NCBI GenBank assembly: GCA_038087875.1
Contig: CM075988.1
Span: 3,596,001-3,660,000, forward strand
DNA length: 64,000 nucleotides
Source: Malacoraja senta
Lineage: Eukaryota
Reading direction: 5' to 3'
The notes beneath the pieces are model-generated. The model was given only the letters and a program-made list of their open reading frames with translations. It did not search any database and was not told the DNA's origin. A program made the position numbers and the translations under genes. Shown piece by piece: positions 49,242-62,054 of the stretch. Positions within the stretch are counted from its first letter, which is position 1. Every line of letters begins with the position of its first letter.

Positions 49242-52200
49242 ATTTTACTTCGGAGTCACGTGAATGACTACGTGAAGAACCCGTCAGGGCGCATGCGCGA
49301 CATATCGTCTTCTAACGCATTGCGCAGCGACAGGCGGGAAGGAGCGTTCCCCGCAGCGGTAAGCTTAAAACCAGAGACCTACAGGTGAGTACTTACTCTG
49401 AGGTCATTTGGAGTGTCTTTCTGTGTTGCAGGAAGAACCACCATGGACAAGACCCATACAAAGTCCAAACGGGCCGCTAAAAAACTGGCTGAGGAGGACC
49501 GCGAGAGCACGGGGAGCCAGCAGCGGCCGACTGCAGCATCGCTATCTATGCGATCAGCAGTCTCTGTCCCGGCACCTGTGCAGTCTGGGTCGCCACAGGC
49601 TGACAGGAACGCCAAACGGAAGCAGGACACGCACATGGACGCCGAAGTATCGGGCCATGAGCAAACGCCGCCGGCAGACAGCGACAGTGGTCGCATATCC
49701 CGTCTGGAGCGGCTAGTGGAGCAATTGCTTCACCGTGACACACTCCGGGAGAAGGAGTCACGTCACTACGGGCCTCCTAGGATGCCCATGGCAGCACCTT
49801 TTTCAGGGCTGCACAATGTATCTCCCTCGACAGAGGGGAGCATTGGGAGTCATTTCTGGGCTGACTCCGAACAAGGGTTGGCTGAAGATACCTCAAGTAT
49901 GCTGGGGGTGCCAGAAGAGAAGATGCTGGGAATGGTAACGAAGTTTGCGGTGCCTCCACAGTCAGGGCAGCCACTGCAACCAGAACTAGCAGCCAGCGTT
50001 GACTACCTTTCCACCCATCAATTACAGGAACAGGCGCTCAATGAAACCACTGCAACATACCTGGCACCAGGGAACTGTGTCTCACTCAATGTTCCAGCAG
50101 TGAATCCCTCCATCTGGGGACATATTGGTGCAGGTATAAGGGCACAGGAGGTGCAGATGCAGAAGATCCTCAAACTTCTAGCTTCGGGGATTACAGCATT
50201 TGCCCGGTCAGTGGATGACTTGGAAATGACAGAGGCTCAGCAAGATGCAGTTTGAGATCAACTGCTTCCGAAAAAACGCCATCCGCCCAGCCTTGAACCC
50301 CAAATTTGCGGCTCTGTGCAAGACCAACACCACACAGCCGCCAATTTTGTTATTCGGGGGCAACCTGTCCAAACAGGTTAAAGAGCTGGATGAAGAGGCG
50401 AAAGCCGCCGGGCTCATCAAGGCTCCATCGGGCAACACCTCGGCGACAGCACCCCTACGCATCCACCAGCAGGCCGCGTCACGTCGAAGCTGGTGAAAGC
50501 TCGAAGGCCGCAACTCAAGGACAGAGGGTTTTTTTAGACCGCGGCCCAGAGCGACCTTCGTGGAAGATGCGCCAACCCCAAACTCCAACATCTCAATTGG
50601 CCAAGAAACAGAAGAAGAAGAGATGAACACCCCACTGGTAACCATGGAGGTAGGTGGGTCTGGTTCCTCCCAGGACACAGCAGGTGCAAGGGATACACTT
50701 GTTGGGGGTAGTTATTTTGGGAAGTATGGAGCTCTATAACCTCTGATTCTTATATACTGCATAGTGTTCAAGGATACAAAATTGAATTCATAAACAAACA
50801 CCTTCCTCCGGTTCAGCATGCACCCAGCAGATCGTTTATGCTATCACAACAAGAGAAGTTGGATGGTCATGCTGAACTTCAGAGGCTATATACTAAAGGT
50901 GTAATTGAGAGATCTCAACATGACTCTCTAGAATTTGTGTCAAACATTTTCACAAAAAAGAAAAAGGATGGTGGGTGTCGCATCATCATCGATTTGACAA
51001 AACTGAACACATTTGTGCAGTATACTCATTTCAAAATGGAAACCTTTTTCACGGCCAAACAATTGATATCCGAAGGCTACTTCATGGCATGCATCGATAT
51101 AAAAGATGCATACTATTCGGTGCCTATACACAAGGATCACCGCCGATATCTGAAGTTTAACTGGATGGGGCAGCTTTGGCAGTACAAAGCACTGCCTAAT
51201 GGGTTAACCTCAGCCCCCAGACTGTTCAGCAAATTACTGAAACCAGCTCTGGTGTTTCTTAGGAAACAAAAACATATTGTCATGGCCTAACTAGATGACA
51301 TACTAATCGTGGGTAAAACCTACGATTTAGCCAAAACAGCTGTTACAGCTACCATATGTCTGTTTGAGAAACTGGGGTTTATCATACATCCAGATAAATC
51401 AAAGTTAACACCATCCACGACTATGGACTATTTGGGATGTTGGGAGCATTCTATGGTCTGAAGGCGTACTGTTCAAAAATGCATCATCTGCATGTTCGCC
51501 TGAAAATAGATAATACCACTGTGGTGGCTTATATTAATAACATGGGTGGAATCAGATGGATATTCATGTGATGATCTGGCCAATTCAATCTGGCAATGGT
51601 GTATCAACAGAAACATTTGGATATCTGCTATTTACCTACCAGGTAAACTCAATTCAGTGGCAGACACCAGGTCACGAAAATTTAATGACAACACTGAATG
51701 GATGTTGGACCCCAAAGTGTTTGCAGACATCGTAGCACGATATGGAACATCAGATATCAATCTATTTGCATCTAGGCTTAACCACCAGTTGCCGACATAT
51801 GTTGCGTGGGAACCAGACCGTGGGGCAGCAGCGATGGACGCATTTTCGCTGCACTGGGGAAATTTGTTTTTCTATGCATTTCCCCCCTTCTGCCTCATCA
51901 GTCGGGTCTTACGCAAAATACAACAAGACTCTGCATCACGTATTTTGGTAGTACCCGACTGGCCTACCCAGCCATGGTTCCCTGTGGTTCTCGACATGGT
52001 TTCAGAACCATGTATGGCCGTCGCCAAACGACCAGACTTGATGGTCCATCCTGTAACTGGCGAAAGTCATCCATGCCATGACAGGACAAATCTGTTAATT
52101 TGCATAATTTGAACAGGCCACTTCTGGATCTTGGACTGACGGACCGAACCATCAACATGATCACGGCGGCGCAAAGAGGGTCTACCAGGAAACAGTACCT

Positions 52201-53581
52201 GACTTACATCAGGAAATGGGAACTATATGGTTCCAGGACTAATATTGAGTATAACTCAGCCACCGTAACTAATGTCCTGGAGTTCCTCGCTAACCATTTC
52301 GATGAAGGACTTAGCTACAGTGCCAGCAACAGCGCCATGAGTGCCCTATCGACCTATTTGTGGTGGGGATTCAACCACCATTCTCTGGGATCTCACCCCT
52401 TGGTTTCCAAATTAATGAGGGGTATATTCAACTCCAATCCCCCTAGGGCCAGATACTCTCACATTTGGGATGTGAGTATTGTTTTGACGTTGCTTCGGGG
52501 TTGGTCACCAGCAACATCCCTGTCCCTGGAGAAACTTACCCTTAAATTGGTAATGCTGATGGCACTGGTCTCGGCCCAGCGGGTGCAATCTTTACACAAA
52601 TTACAACTGGACTCGATGGCCAAAGGGACGAATGGTATAAATTTTTATATCCATGAATTGGTAAAACAAACAGGCCTGGGTCATCCGGCCTTAAACTAGA
52701 GTTTCGGGCATACCCTACAGATGTTCGCCTATGCGTCATGACACATCTGTTACTATATGTTGAGCTAACAGCTAAAGTAAGAGGCCAAGAATTGGCACTA
52801 TTAGTGAGCCACAAAAGACCTCACAATAGGGTATCGGTCCAAACTATATCTCGATGCCTTCGACAGGTTTTGGGGCTGCAGGGGTGGATACTGATATTTT
52901 CAAATCTCATTCCACCAGGGCTGCAGCCACATCGGCAGCACGGCAGATGGAGGTTCCAATGGATCACATCCTGGGTACGGCAGGATGGTCCAGGGAGAAG
53001 ACCTTTCAAGAATTTTATAATAAGCCAGTTGCCAAACCTGCGACTTTTGCAGACACTATTTTGAGTTCTGTTTTATAATACACCCCGAAGGACAGGGGTC
53101 ATTATTATAATTTGTGTTAATAAATCACTCATTGTTTCTTTTTAACAATTGATTCATGTCTGCATTTGTTAACATACTTCCTCCTCAGTCTACGACAGCA
53201 AGGTGTGAAGCATGGACTGGTTCCACGGCATGATATCGCAGAGCTTTAAAATCTTCACGTAGTCACTCACGTGACTCCGAAGTTAAATAGTAAGATTAAA
53301 CGAGAACTTACCAGTTTGAAGTTTAATCTTTATTTTATGAGGAGTTACGTTGAGGGATTACGTGCCCTCCACGCCCACCCTCTATTATAAAGGTCAGCTG
53401 GTATTATGGTTCTCTTATCTTACTATGTTAATTCGACTACCGTATCTGTGATTTCACACCACTGCTTTGAAGATTGTCGCGCATGCGCCCTGACGGGTTC
53501 TTCACGTAATCCCTCAACGTAACTCCTCATAAAGTAAAGATCAAACTTCAAACTGGTAAGTTCTCGTTTAATCTTACTATT
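49242..53581 (+). mobile_element. DIRS1-type retrotransposon (element 2), degenerate
   Basis: Same termini as element 1, with ATT at both junctions. ICR ~53252-53364. ORF1 from ATG 49443; RT 50838-51300 (stop replacing the Y of YLDD); a large RNase H deletion near 51436; MT-like domain 51700-52112; YR 52100-53078 (HSTRAAATS...GWS...FY). Confidence 0.95.
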
Positions 53582-54459
53582 AAAGTGTGGAGTTGCAGGA
53601 ATGCGTAGGAAAGATGTTGTTAAGCTGCAAATAGTACAGAGAAGATTTATGAGGATATTGCCAGGACTAGATGGTCTGAGCTATAGCAGAGGATGAGGGG
53701 TAATCTTATAGAGGTGTAATCATGAGGGGAATAAATCGGGCACACACACAGAGTCTCTTGTCCAGATTAGGTGAATCGAGGACCAGAAGACATAGGTTTA
53801 AGATGAATGGGAAAAGATTTAACAGAAATCTGAGGGGTAACTTTTTCATACAAAGGGTGGTGGGTGTGTGGAACAAGCTGCCAGATGAGGTAGTTGAGGC
53901 TGGTACTATCCCAACATTTAAGAAACAGTAAGAGTTGTGACTCTGTGACTCTATAACTCTACAAGACCAAAGAGCTTCAAAAGAAATTGGATACATAATG
54001 TAACAACATTCCAGCATTAGGTTGGGCAAAGAGAGAAATGAAGAGTGGAATGAGAAATGGAATGGCAATGTGAGGTTGCAGTCTAATAAATGAATGTGGA
54101 GAGACTAGGAAATGACTGGAAGTTGGTAGGTTGTGACTGAGTTGGGAGACATGGGCTAACAGGATGGGGATATTAGATGGAGTGGATGTGGAGTGGATGT
54201 TTCCACTAGTGGGAGAGTCTAGGACTAGAGGTCATAGCCACAGAATTTAGGAAGGAGATGAGGAATGTTTCTAATCGGAGGGTGGTGAATCTGTGGAATT
54301 CATTGCCACAGAAGGCTGTGGAGGCCAAGTCAATAGATATTCTTGAGGCAGAGATACGTGGATTCTTGATTACTATGGATGTCAGGGGTTACGGGAGAAG
54401 GCAAGAGAGATAGATCAGCCATGATTGAATGACGATGGGCCGAATGGCCTAATTCTGGC

Positions 54460-54568
54460 CGTTGGGAGATTGGGAATGAATGGCCATTGGGAGATTGGGA
54501 ATGAATGGGCATTGGGAGATTGGGAATGAATGGGCATTGGCAATTTGGCAATTTATGGGCATTGGGAA
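54460..54568. repeat. Short tandem repeat cattgggagattgggaatgaatggg
   Basis: Three clear units plus degenerate ones. Confidence 0.8.
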
Positions 54569-54777
54569 GCATGATGTGGTTGCGGTTTGAAAAATTGAGA
54601 TGGAATTTAAAGGAGTCGGGAGTTTGGGAGTGGCTGAGAGTTGGGAGAAGAAGTGAATGGAAGCAGGAAGACTGATGCTGTGGTGCCAATCACAGAGGTA
54701 GAATAATGGATAAGGCCTTCCACCATGAGATTGGGGAGCTTGGTTGACATTTGAAGAGCAGTATCTCAAAAGTTCAA

Positions 54778-57458
54778 AGGTACACAAAAATGCTGGAGAA
54801 ACTCAGCGGGTGCAGCAGCATCTATGGAGCGAAGGAAATAGGCAACGTTTCGGGCCGAAACCCTTCTTCAGACTGATGGGGGGTGGGGAGAAGAAAGGAA
54901 AAAGGCGGAGGAGGAGCCCGAGGGCTGAGGAAGAGGAGGTGACAGCAAGGGCTAGCAAAATTAGGAGAATTCAATGTTCATGCCCCCAGGATGCAGACTA
55001 CTCAAGCGGAATATGAGGTGCATTTCCTCCAATTTCTGGTGTAGCTCGCTCTGGCCATGGAGGAGACCCAGGACAGAGAGGTCAGATATGGAATGGGAGG
55101 GGGAGTTGAAGTGCTGAGCCACCGGGAGGTCAGGTTGGTTATTGCGGATCGAGCGGAGGTGTTCGGTGAAACGATCGCCAAGCCTCCGCTTAGTCTCACC
55201 GATGTAGATCAGCTGACATCTAATGCAGCGGATGCAATAGATGAGGTTGGAGGAGATGCAGGTGAACCTCTGTCGCATCTGGAACGACTGCTTAGGTCCT
55301 TGAATGGAGTCGAGGGGGAGGTGAAGGGACAAGTGTTGCATCTCTTGCGGTTGCAAGGGAAAGTGCCCGGGGAGGGGGTGGTACGGGAGCGAAGGGAAGA
55401 ATTGACAAGGGAGTTACGGAGGGAGCGGTCTTTGCGGAAGGCAGACATGGGGGGAGATGGGAAGATGTGGCGAGTGGTGGGGTCACGTTGGAGGAGGCGA
55501 AACTGACGGAGGATCACTTGTTGTATGTGACGGCTGGTGGGGTGAAAGGTGAGGACTAGGGGAACTCTGCCCTTGTTGCGAGTGGGGGGATGGGGAGAGA
55601 GAGCAGTGTTGCGTGGTATGGAAGAGACCCTGGTGCGAGCCTCATCTATGGGGGAGGAGGGGAACCCCCGTTCCCTGAAGAATGACATTTCGGATGCCCT
55701 GGTGTGGAACGCCTCATCCTGGGAGCAGATGCGGCGTAGACGGGGGAATTGGGAGTACGGGATGGAGTCCTTACAGGAAGCAGGGTGGGAAGATGTGTAG
55801 TCCAGATAGCCATGGGAGTCAGTAGGTTTATAGTGGATGTCGGTAAGAAGTCTATCACCTCCGATGGAGATAGTGAGGTCAAGGAATGGTAGGGAAGTGT
55901 CGGAAATGGTCCAGGTGTATTTGACTGCCGGATGGAAGTTGGTGGTGAAGCAGATGAAGTCAGTCAGTTGTGTGTGGGTGCAGGAGGTGGCACCAAAGCA
56001 GTCGTCGATGTAGCGGAGGTAGAGGTCGGGGATGGGGCCCTGGTACATATTGAACAAGGATTGTTCTACGTACCCGACAAAGAGGCAGGCGTAGCTGGGG
56101 CCCATGCGTGTGCCCATAGCTACGCCTTGTATTTGGAGGAAATGGGAGGAGTCAAAAGATAAGTTATTGAGGGTAAGGACCAGCTCCGCTAGGCGGAGGA
56201 GGATGTCAGTGGCCGGGTATAGGTTGCTCCTCTGGTCGAGGAAGAACCGGAGGGCTTTTAGACCATCCTGGTGGGGGATGGAGGTGTAGAGTGACTGGAC
56301 GTCCATGGTGAAGATGAGGGGGTGAGGGACTAGGGAATGGAATGCGCGGAGACGACGGAGAGTGTCTGAGGTGTCTTGAACATAGGTAGGGAGGGATTTA
56401 ACCAAGGGGGATAGGATGGAATCAAGGTAGGTGGAGATGAGTTCGGTGGGGCACGAACAGGCAGAAACAATGGGTCTACCGGGACAGTCAGGTTTGTGGA
56501 TTTTGGGGAGAAGGTAAAAGCGGGCTGTGCGGGGCTGGGGAACGATGAGGTTGGAGGCTCGGTCGGGCAGGGCGTGGGAGATGATGAAGTCGGTGATGGT
56601 GCTGGAGATGGTGGCCTGGTGCTCGTCAGTGGGGTCATGGTCCAGGGGTAAGTAGGAGGAGGTGTCCGAGAGTTGGCGCGTGGCCTCAGCTTTGTAGAGA
56701 TCGACGCGCCAGACTACCACGGCACCTCCCTTGTCGGCGGGTTTGATAACCCAATCTAGGTTGTTGCGGAGTGAGTCGATGGCAGTGCGTTCAGGGGGGG
56801 AGAGATTGGAGTGAGACAGGGGAGTGGAGAAGTTGAGGCGGTTGATGTCACGGCGGCAGTTTTGAATGAAGAGTTCTAAAGCCGGAAGGCTACGAGGGGG
56901 GTTCCATGAGGAGGGGGTGCGTTGGAGACGGGAAAAGAGGTCATCAGTGGGGGGCGAGGACTCCTTCCCATGGAAGTACGCTGTGAGGCGGAGGCGACGG
57001 TAGAAGAGTTCCAAGTCATGGAGGGCACGGAACTCATTGAGGTGGGGACGGAGGGGGACAAAGGTAAGACCTCTACTGAGGACAGACCGTTCGATGTCAG
57101 AGAGGGGGAGGTCGGGGGGGGGGGGATGGGGGTGAACACCCGGCAGGGATGGGTGTTGGGGCCGGAGGAAGGCAGGTGGGTGGACTGGGGACGAGGCGAT
57201 GTGTTGTGGGGGCACGGTGGGTGGTGGGGGGGTGGTGGGTGGTCAGGGGGTGGGGGGGGGGGGGTGAGGGGGCTGTAGTGTGGGTGGGGAAGAGAAGGGG
57301 TCCCATAGTTAGAGAGGGATGGGGAAGAATCAGTGGAACTGCCACTGAGGTTACCAGGACTAGGCAGACTAGCACTAGGACCCAGTGGGGTCAAACCCAG
57401 GAGAGTGGGGGTTAACAGCATGGAGGCTTCAGGCTTAGTACAGAGTCCAGTTTGCCGG
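54778..57458 (-). mobile_element. Penelope-like element (RT plus GIY-YIG endonuclease), 5'-truncated, with 14-bp TSD
   Basis: ORF 55209-57215 has IKPADKGG, PKIHK, GVAMG, RYIDD. A frameshifted GIY-YIG (NLIYCIRC..YIGETKRRL..R..EH) lies at 54961-55356. The terminal repeat carries a hammerhead motif. tctcaaaagttcaa is duplicated at 54764-54777 and 57459-57472. Confidence 0.93.
54842..54874 (-). ncRNA. Minimal hammerhead ribozyme motif in the terminal repeat of the Penelope-like element
   Basis: Minus strand CTGAAGA-A-GGGT(TTCG)GCCC-GAA-ACGT-T; stem II is closed by a UUCG tetraloop. Confidence 0.65.
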
Positions 57459-57789
57459 TCTCAAAAGTTCAAGTTTGGTTTAGTTTAGTTTAGTTTTTGA
57501 GATACAGCATGGAAACAGCCCTTCGGCCCACCGAGTCCGCATCGACCAGCAATCTCCGCCATTTTACACTACCCTACACACACTACGGATAATTTTGTTT
57601 TTACATTTAGACCAAGCCAATTTAACCTGTACGTCTTAGGGGTGTGGGAGGAAACTGAAGATCTCAGAGAAAACCCACAAACTCAGTACAGACGGCACCC
57701 CATAGTCACGATCGAACCCGGGTCTCTGTCTCCTCAAGGCTGTAGCTCTACTGCTGTGCCACCGTGCCACCCTTTAACCTATGGATTGG

Positions 57790-60740
57790 ATATGGTGCCA
57801 GAAGCTGGTGAGTATTAGAATGAAAGGATAGGTCAGATGAAGGTGTCATTGAAGGGAAGGTGCAGGAGATGGGCTTTAGGTACCTGGATCATTTCACTAT
57901 TTCTGGGAGAAGGTGGCACGTGTACAAGAGGGACTGGTTGCACCTGAACCAGACAGGACTAACATCCCTTGTGGGGAGGGTGTCTGATCTGAATGGGGAG
58001 GTTTAAATTCAGTTGGCAAGGGAAGGGAACTCAAAGTACATGTTCGGGTAAGAAGAGGTAGTCACCTGGAGGAGGAAATGCCCAGTAGGGAAGCCAAGCA
58101 GGTAAATATACACGAGGGGAACATAAAGCTAAATTGCATCGATCTTAGATGCAATCTCAGCACAGTGGCGCAGCGGTAGAGTTACTGTCACACAGCGCCA
58201 GAGATGCCGGTTCGATCCTGACTATGGGTGCTGTCTGTATGGAGTTTGTACGTTCTCCTGTGACCGTGAGGGTTTTATTCCAGATTCTCTTGTTTCCTCC
58301 CACATTCCAAAGACATTCTTGCAGGTTTGTAGTTGAGTGGCTTCTGTAAATTATCCCTGGTGGGTAGGTCAGAACTAGTGCATGGGTGATCACTGGTCGG
58401 CAAGGACTCGGTGGCTGAAGGTCCTGTTTCCTTGCTGTATCGCTAAAGCTAACTAATACAAAGAGTGAACCAGTAAGGTGGATGAATGTTAAGTTTTAAT
58501 TAACAGTAGGGTTACAATAGTGTTACCAGGTGGTTTGAAAGTCTGGCAACTCAGTATCCTGGCAGAAGATGATCTTCGAGCTAGAGATCGGGGAGGTTGG
58601 TCAAGGAATGATATTGAAGAGGATATCTTCAAATGCTCCTTAAGTTAAGCCTAATGAGGCTCCTTATATTCTGGATGGAGATCAGAAACAAAAAGATGAA
58701 ATCATTTGCTAAACCGTGTTAAATTACAGATTTATGAGAGGCAGAGGGAAGGTGTATGGGGAAATAGGAGAGAGATGTAATAAAAAGTTATTGTACTGGG
58801 GGATTTCATATCTCTGATATTAACTGGGATTGCCTTAACACAAGAGGCTCATGGGGGGCAGAAGATTAGAGGCTGTATCCAGGAGAGCTTTTTGACACAA
58901 ATGTAGCTAGACCATCGCGGGAAGGATACCTACTCGACTTTTCCTTGGGGAATAGAAGGGAGACACAAAATGCTGGAGTATTCAGCGGGACAGGCAGCAT
59001 CTCTGGATAGAAGGAATAGGTGATGTTTCGGGTCAAGACCCTTCTTCAGATAGCTTTCATGCTCAGTCTGAAGGAAGGTCTCGTCCCGAAACGTCACCCA
59101 TTCCTTCTATCCAGTGATGCTGCCTGACCCACTGAGTTACTGCAGCATTTAGTGTCTATCTTCGGTGTAAACCAGCATCTGCAGTTCCTTCCTACACTCA
59201 CCTTGGGGAGTGTAGTTGTTTAGTGGGGACCATGTAGGAGATAGTTACGGAGAAAGATCTGGATCCACCAGGAAAAAAGTCTTAAAGTGGGGGAACACCA
59301 ATTTCATTCAAATAAGACGACCTGGCAAATGTAGAAGCATCTATTGCAGGTCTGTCTATTGTCTGCAGACTGGGTAGCATTCAAAGGAGAAATAACGAGA
59401 ATTAAGTCCAGTGTATTCCCGTGAGGGTGAAAGCCAAGGGTAACATGTACAGGGAGCCCCTGGTTGCCGAGGATATTGAGGGTTGGGTAAAGAGAATGGG
59501 CAGCACAGTGACGGCAGAGGTAGAGTTACTGCCTTACAGCGCCAGAGGCATGGGTTCGATTCCAACTACGGGCGCTGTCTGTACGGAGTTTGTACGTTCT
59601 CCCTTGACCCGTGTGGGTTTTTCTCCGAGATCTTCAGTTTCCTCCCTCACTCCAAGGACCTACAGGTTTGTAAGTGAATTGGTTTTGGTGTGAATGTAAA
59701 TTGTCCCTAGTGTGTGTAGGGCAGTTAAGTGTGCGGGGATCGCTGGTCGGCGCGGACCGTGGGCTGCACGGCCTGTTTCCCAGCTGCATCTCTAAACGAA
59801 ACGAAACTAATCTAAATGAAGCATATAGCAGATTCAGGGAATTAAAAATTGGGGGAAGCCTGCCAAGAATATAAACTGGGCAGGGATACGCTTAAAAAGG
59901 GACATTTGGAAGGGGAAGAGGGTCACAAGAAAAGAACTGTCAGACAGGATTAAGTTATATCCAAAGGTGTTCTTTGAGTTTTTTTAAAAGGTAAACAATA
60001 ACCAGGGAAAAGAAAGCCCCACTGAGGTCAACAGGGAGCAATCCGTGAGCGGGGTCAGAGGGTATGGGTGAAGTCCTATTGAATACTTTTCGTTGGTATT
60101 CGCAAGGGAAACAAACGTATGTAGCTGGAGTGTATGATGGAACTGCTCAGATCCTGGTTTACACCGAAGAATAGACACAAAATGCTGCAGTAGCCCAGGC
60201 AGCATCTCTGGAGAAAAGGAATAGGTGACATTTTGAATCAGAACTCTCTTTTCAGAAGAGAGTTTGTAGTATTAAACTGAAGGGTTCGTGAAATTTTAAT
60301 GCACATCTTCATAAATAAAGAAGAGATACTTGATGGCCTTATGCATGGAATGTGAATCATTCCCCGGGGCCAGGTGAGGTTTATAGGAGGCCAGGGAGAA
60401 GCCTGCTGGAGCGCTGGCTCTGATTTCCTTTGCTGGCCAAAGGTGAAGCCGCAGTTGATAAGTGGATAGCGATTTGATTCTCCTTTTCAAGATAAGCTGA
60501 AGGGGAAAGATTGATAGATACAGACACACCCATACAGAGGAAATAAGTGGGGGGGGGGGGGAAATGGAGTGAATTGTAAAGGTTAGGGTACTTGGGAGTC
60601 AGGGCAAGCTGGTAAATTGGATCCAAAATTGACTTGACAATGGGAGACAGAGGCTGGTAGGAGAGGGATGATTTTCTCTGATCAGATGCATGTGACTTGT
60701 AGGAGTTCCACCAGGGATTAGAGCTGGCACCCCAGCTGCC
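57790..60740 (+). mobile_element. Old, heavily decayed long CR1 copy, interrupted by SINEs and Penelope termini
   Basis: Remnant of the ORF1 esterase motif (YKRD.LHLN near 57920-57950), the GDF..DINW endonuclease remnant near 58800 and GVPPG near 60700. Confidence 0.55.
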
Positions 60741-61569
60741 CTTGTGGGGTGGAATAACTGTGGGGAAGGTTACGATGACTGACAATTTTAGTTCGGTTTA
60801 GTTTAGAGATACTGCGCGGAAACAGGCCCTTCGGCAAACCAGCGATCCCCGCACACTGACACGATCCTACACATGCTGGGAACTATTTTACAATTTTCAC
60901 AAGTCAATTAGCCGACAAACCTATACGTCTTTGGAGTGTGGGAGGAAATCGGAGCATCAGGAGAAAACCCACGCAGTCACAGGGAGAACGTACAAACTCC
61001 GTACAGACAGCACCTGTAGTCAGGATTGAACCCAGGTTTCTGGCGCTGTAAGGTAGCAACTCTACCGCTGCGCCACCGTGCCACTCATTGGGCCATCAGA
61101 TTATCTCATTGCTGGGAAATTGGGAATGACTAGGAGATGTAGTGTGAGTGGGTGTTGGTAGGATCAGAGAGATTCACTAAAAGCAAAAGGTTGGGTGATT
61201 GGGAACGTCTAGGAATTTAGAGGTCCTTGGCTGTGAGTTGAATGACTTGGAAGGTGGCACAGTGGCATAGCAGTAAAGTTGCTGCCTCACAGTGCCTGAG
61301 ACCTGGGTTCAATCCTCGCTATTGGTGCTGTCTGTACAGAGTTTCTTCGTTCTCCCTGTGACTGCGTGGGCTTTCCCCCACATCCCAAAGGCATGCAGGT
61401 TTGTAGGTTAATTGGCTTCTGCAAATTGTCCCTAGCGTGTAGGATAGAACTAGTGTATGTGTGACCACTGGCTGGCATGGACTAGGTGGGCTGAAGGGCC
61501 TGTTTCCATGCTGCGATGATTGAGAGTCTGGGAATGACTGGGTAATGACTAGACCTAAGTGATTGTGAT

Positions 61570-62054
61570 TGGGGGGGGGGGGTTGGGTGAGTGAGGGGGG
61601 GGTTGGGTGAATGAGGGGGGGCTTGGGTGAGGGGGGGGTTGGGTGAGTGAGGGGGGGTTGGGTGAGTGAAGGGAGGGTTGGGTCAGTGAGGGGGGGTTGG
61701 GTGAGTGAGGGGGAGTTGGGTGATTGAGGGGGGGTTGGGTGAATGGGGGGGGGTTGGATGAGTGGGGGAGGGGTTGGGTGAGTGAGGGGGGGGGGTTGGG
61801 TGAGTGAGGGGGGGTTGGGTGAGTGAAGGGAGGGTTGGGTGAGTGAGGGGGGGTTGGGTGAGTGAGGGGGGGGTTGGGTGATTGACGGGGGGGGTGGGTG
61901 AATGGGGGGGGGTTGGGTGAGTGGGGGAGGGGTTGGGTGAGTGAGGGGGGGGTTGGGTGTGTGAGGGGGGAGTTGGGTGAATGGGGGGGTTGGGTGAGTG
62001 GGGGAGGGGTTGGGTGAGTGAGGGGGGGTTGGGTGAGTGAGGGGGGTTGGGTGA
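61570..62054. repeat. G-rich minisatellite (Gn-TTGGGTGAGTGA)
   Basis: Tandem ~18-20-bp units visible. Confidence 0.95.
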
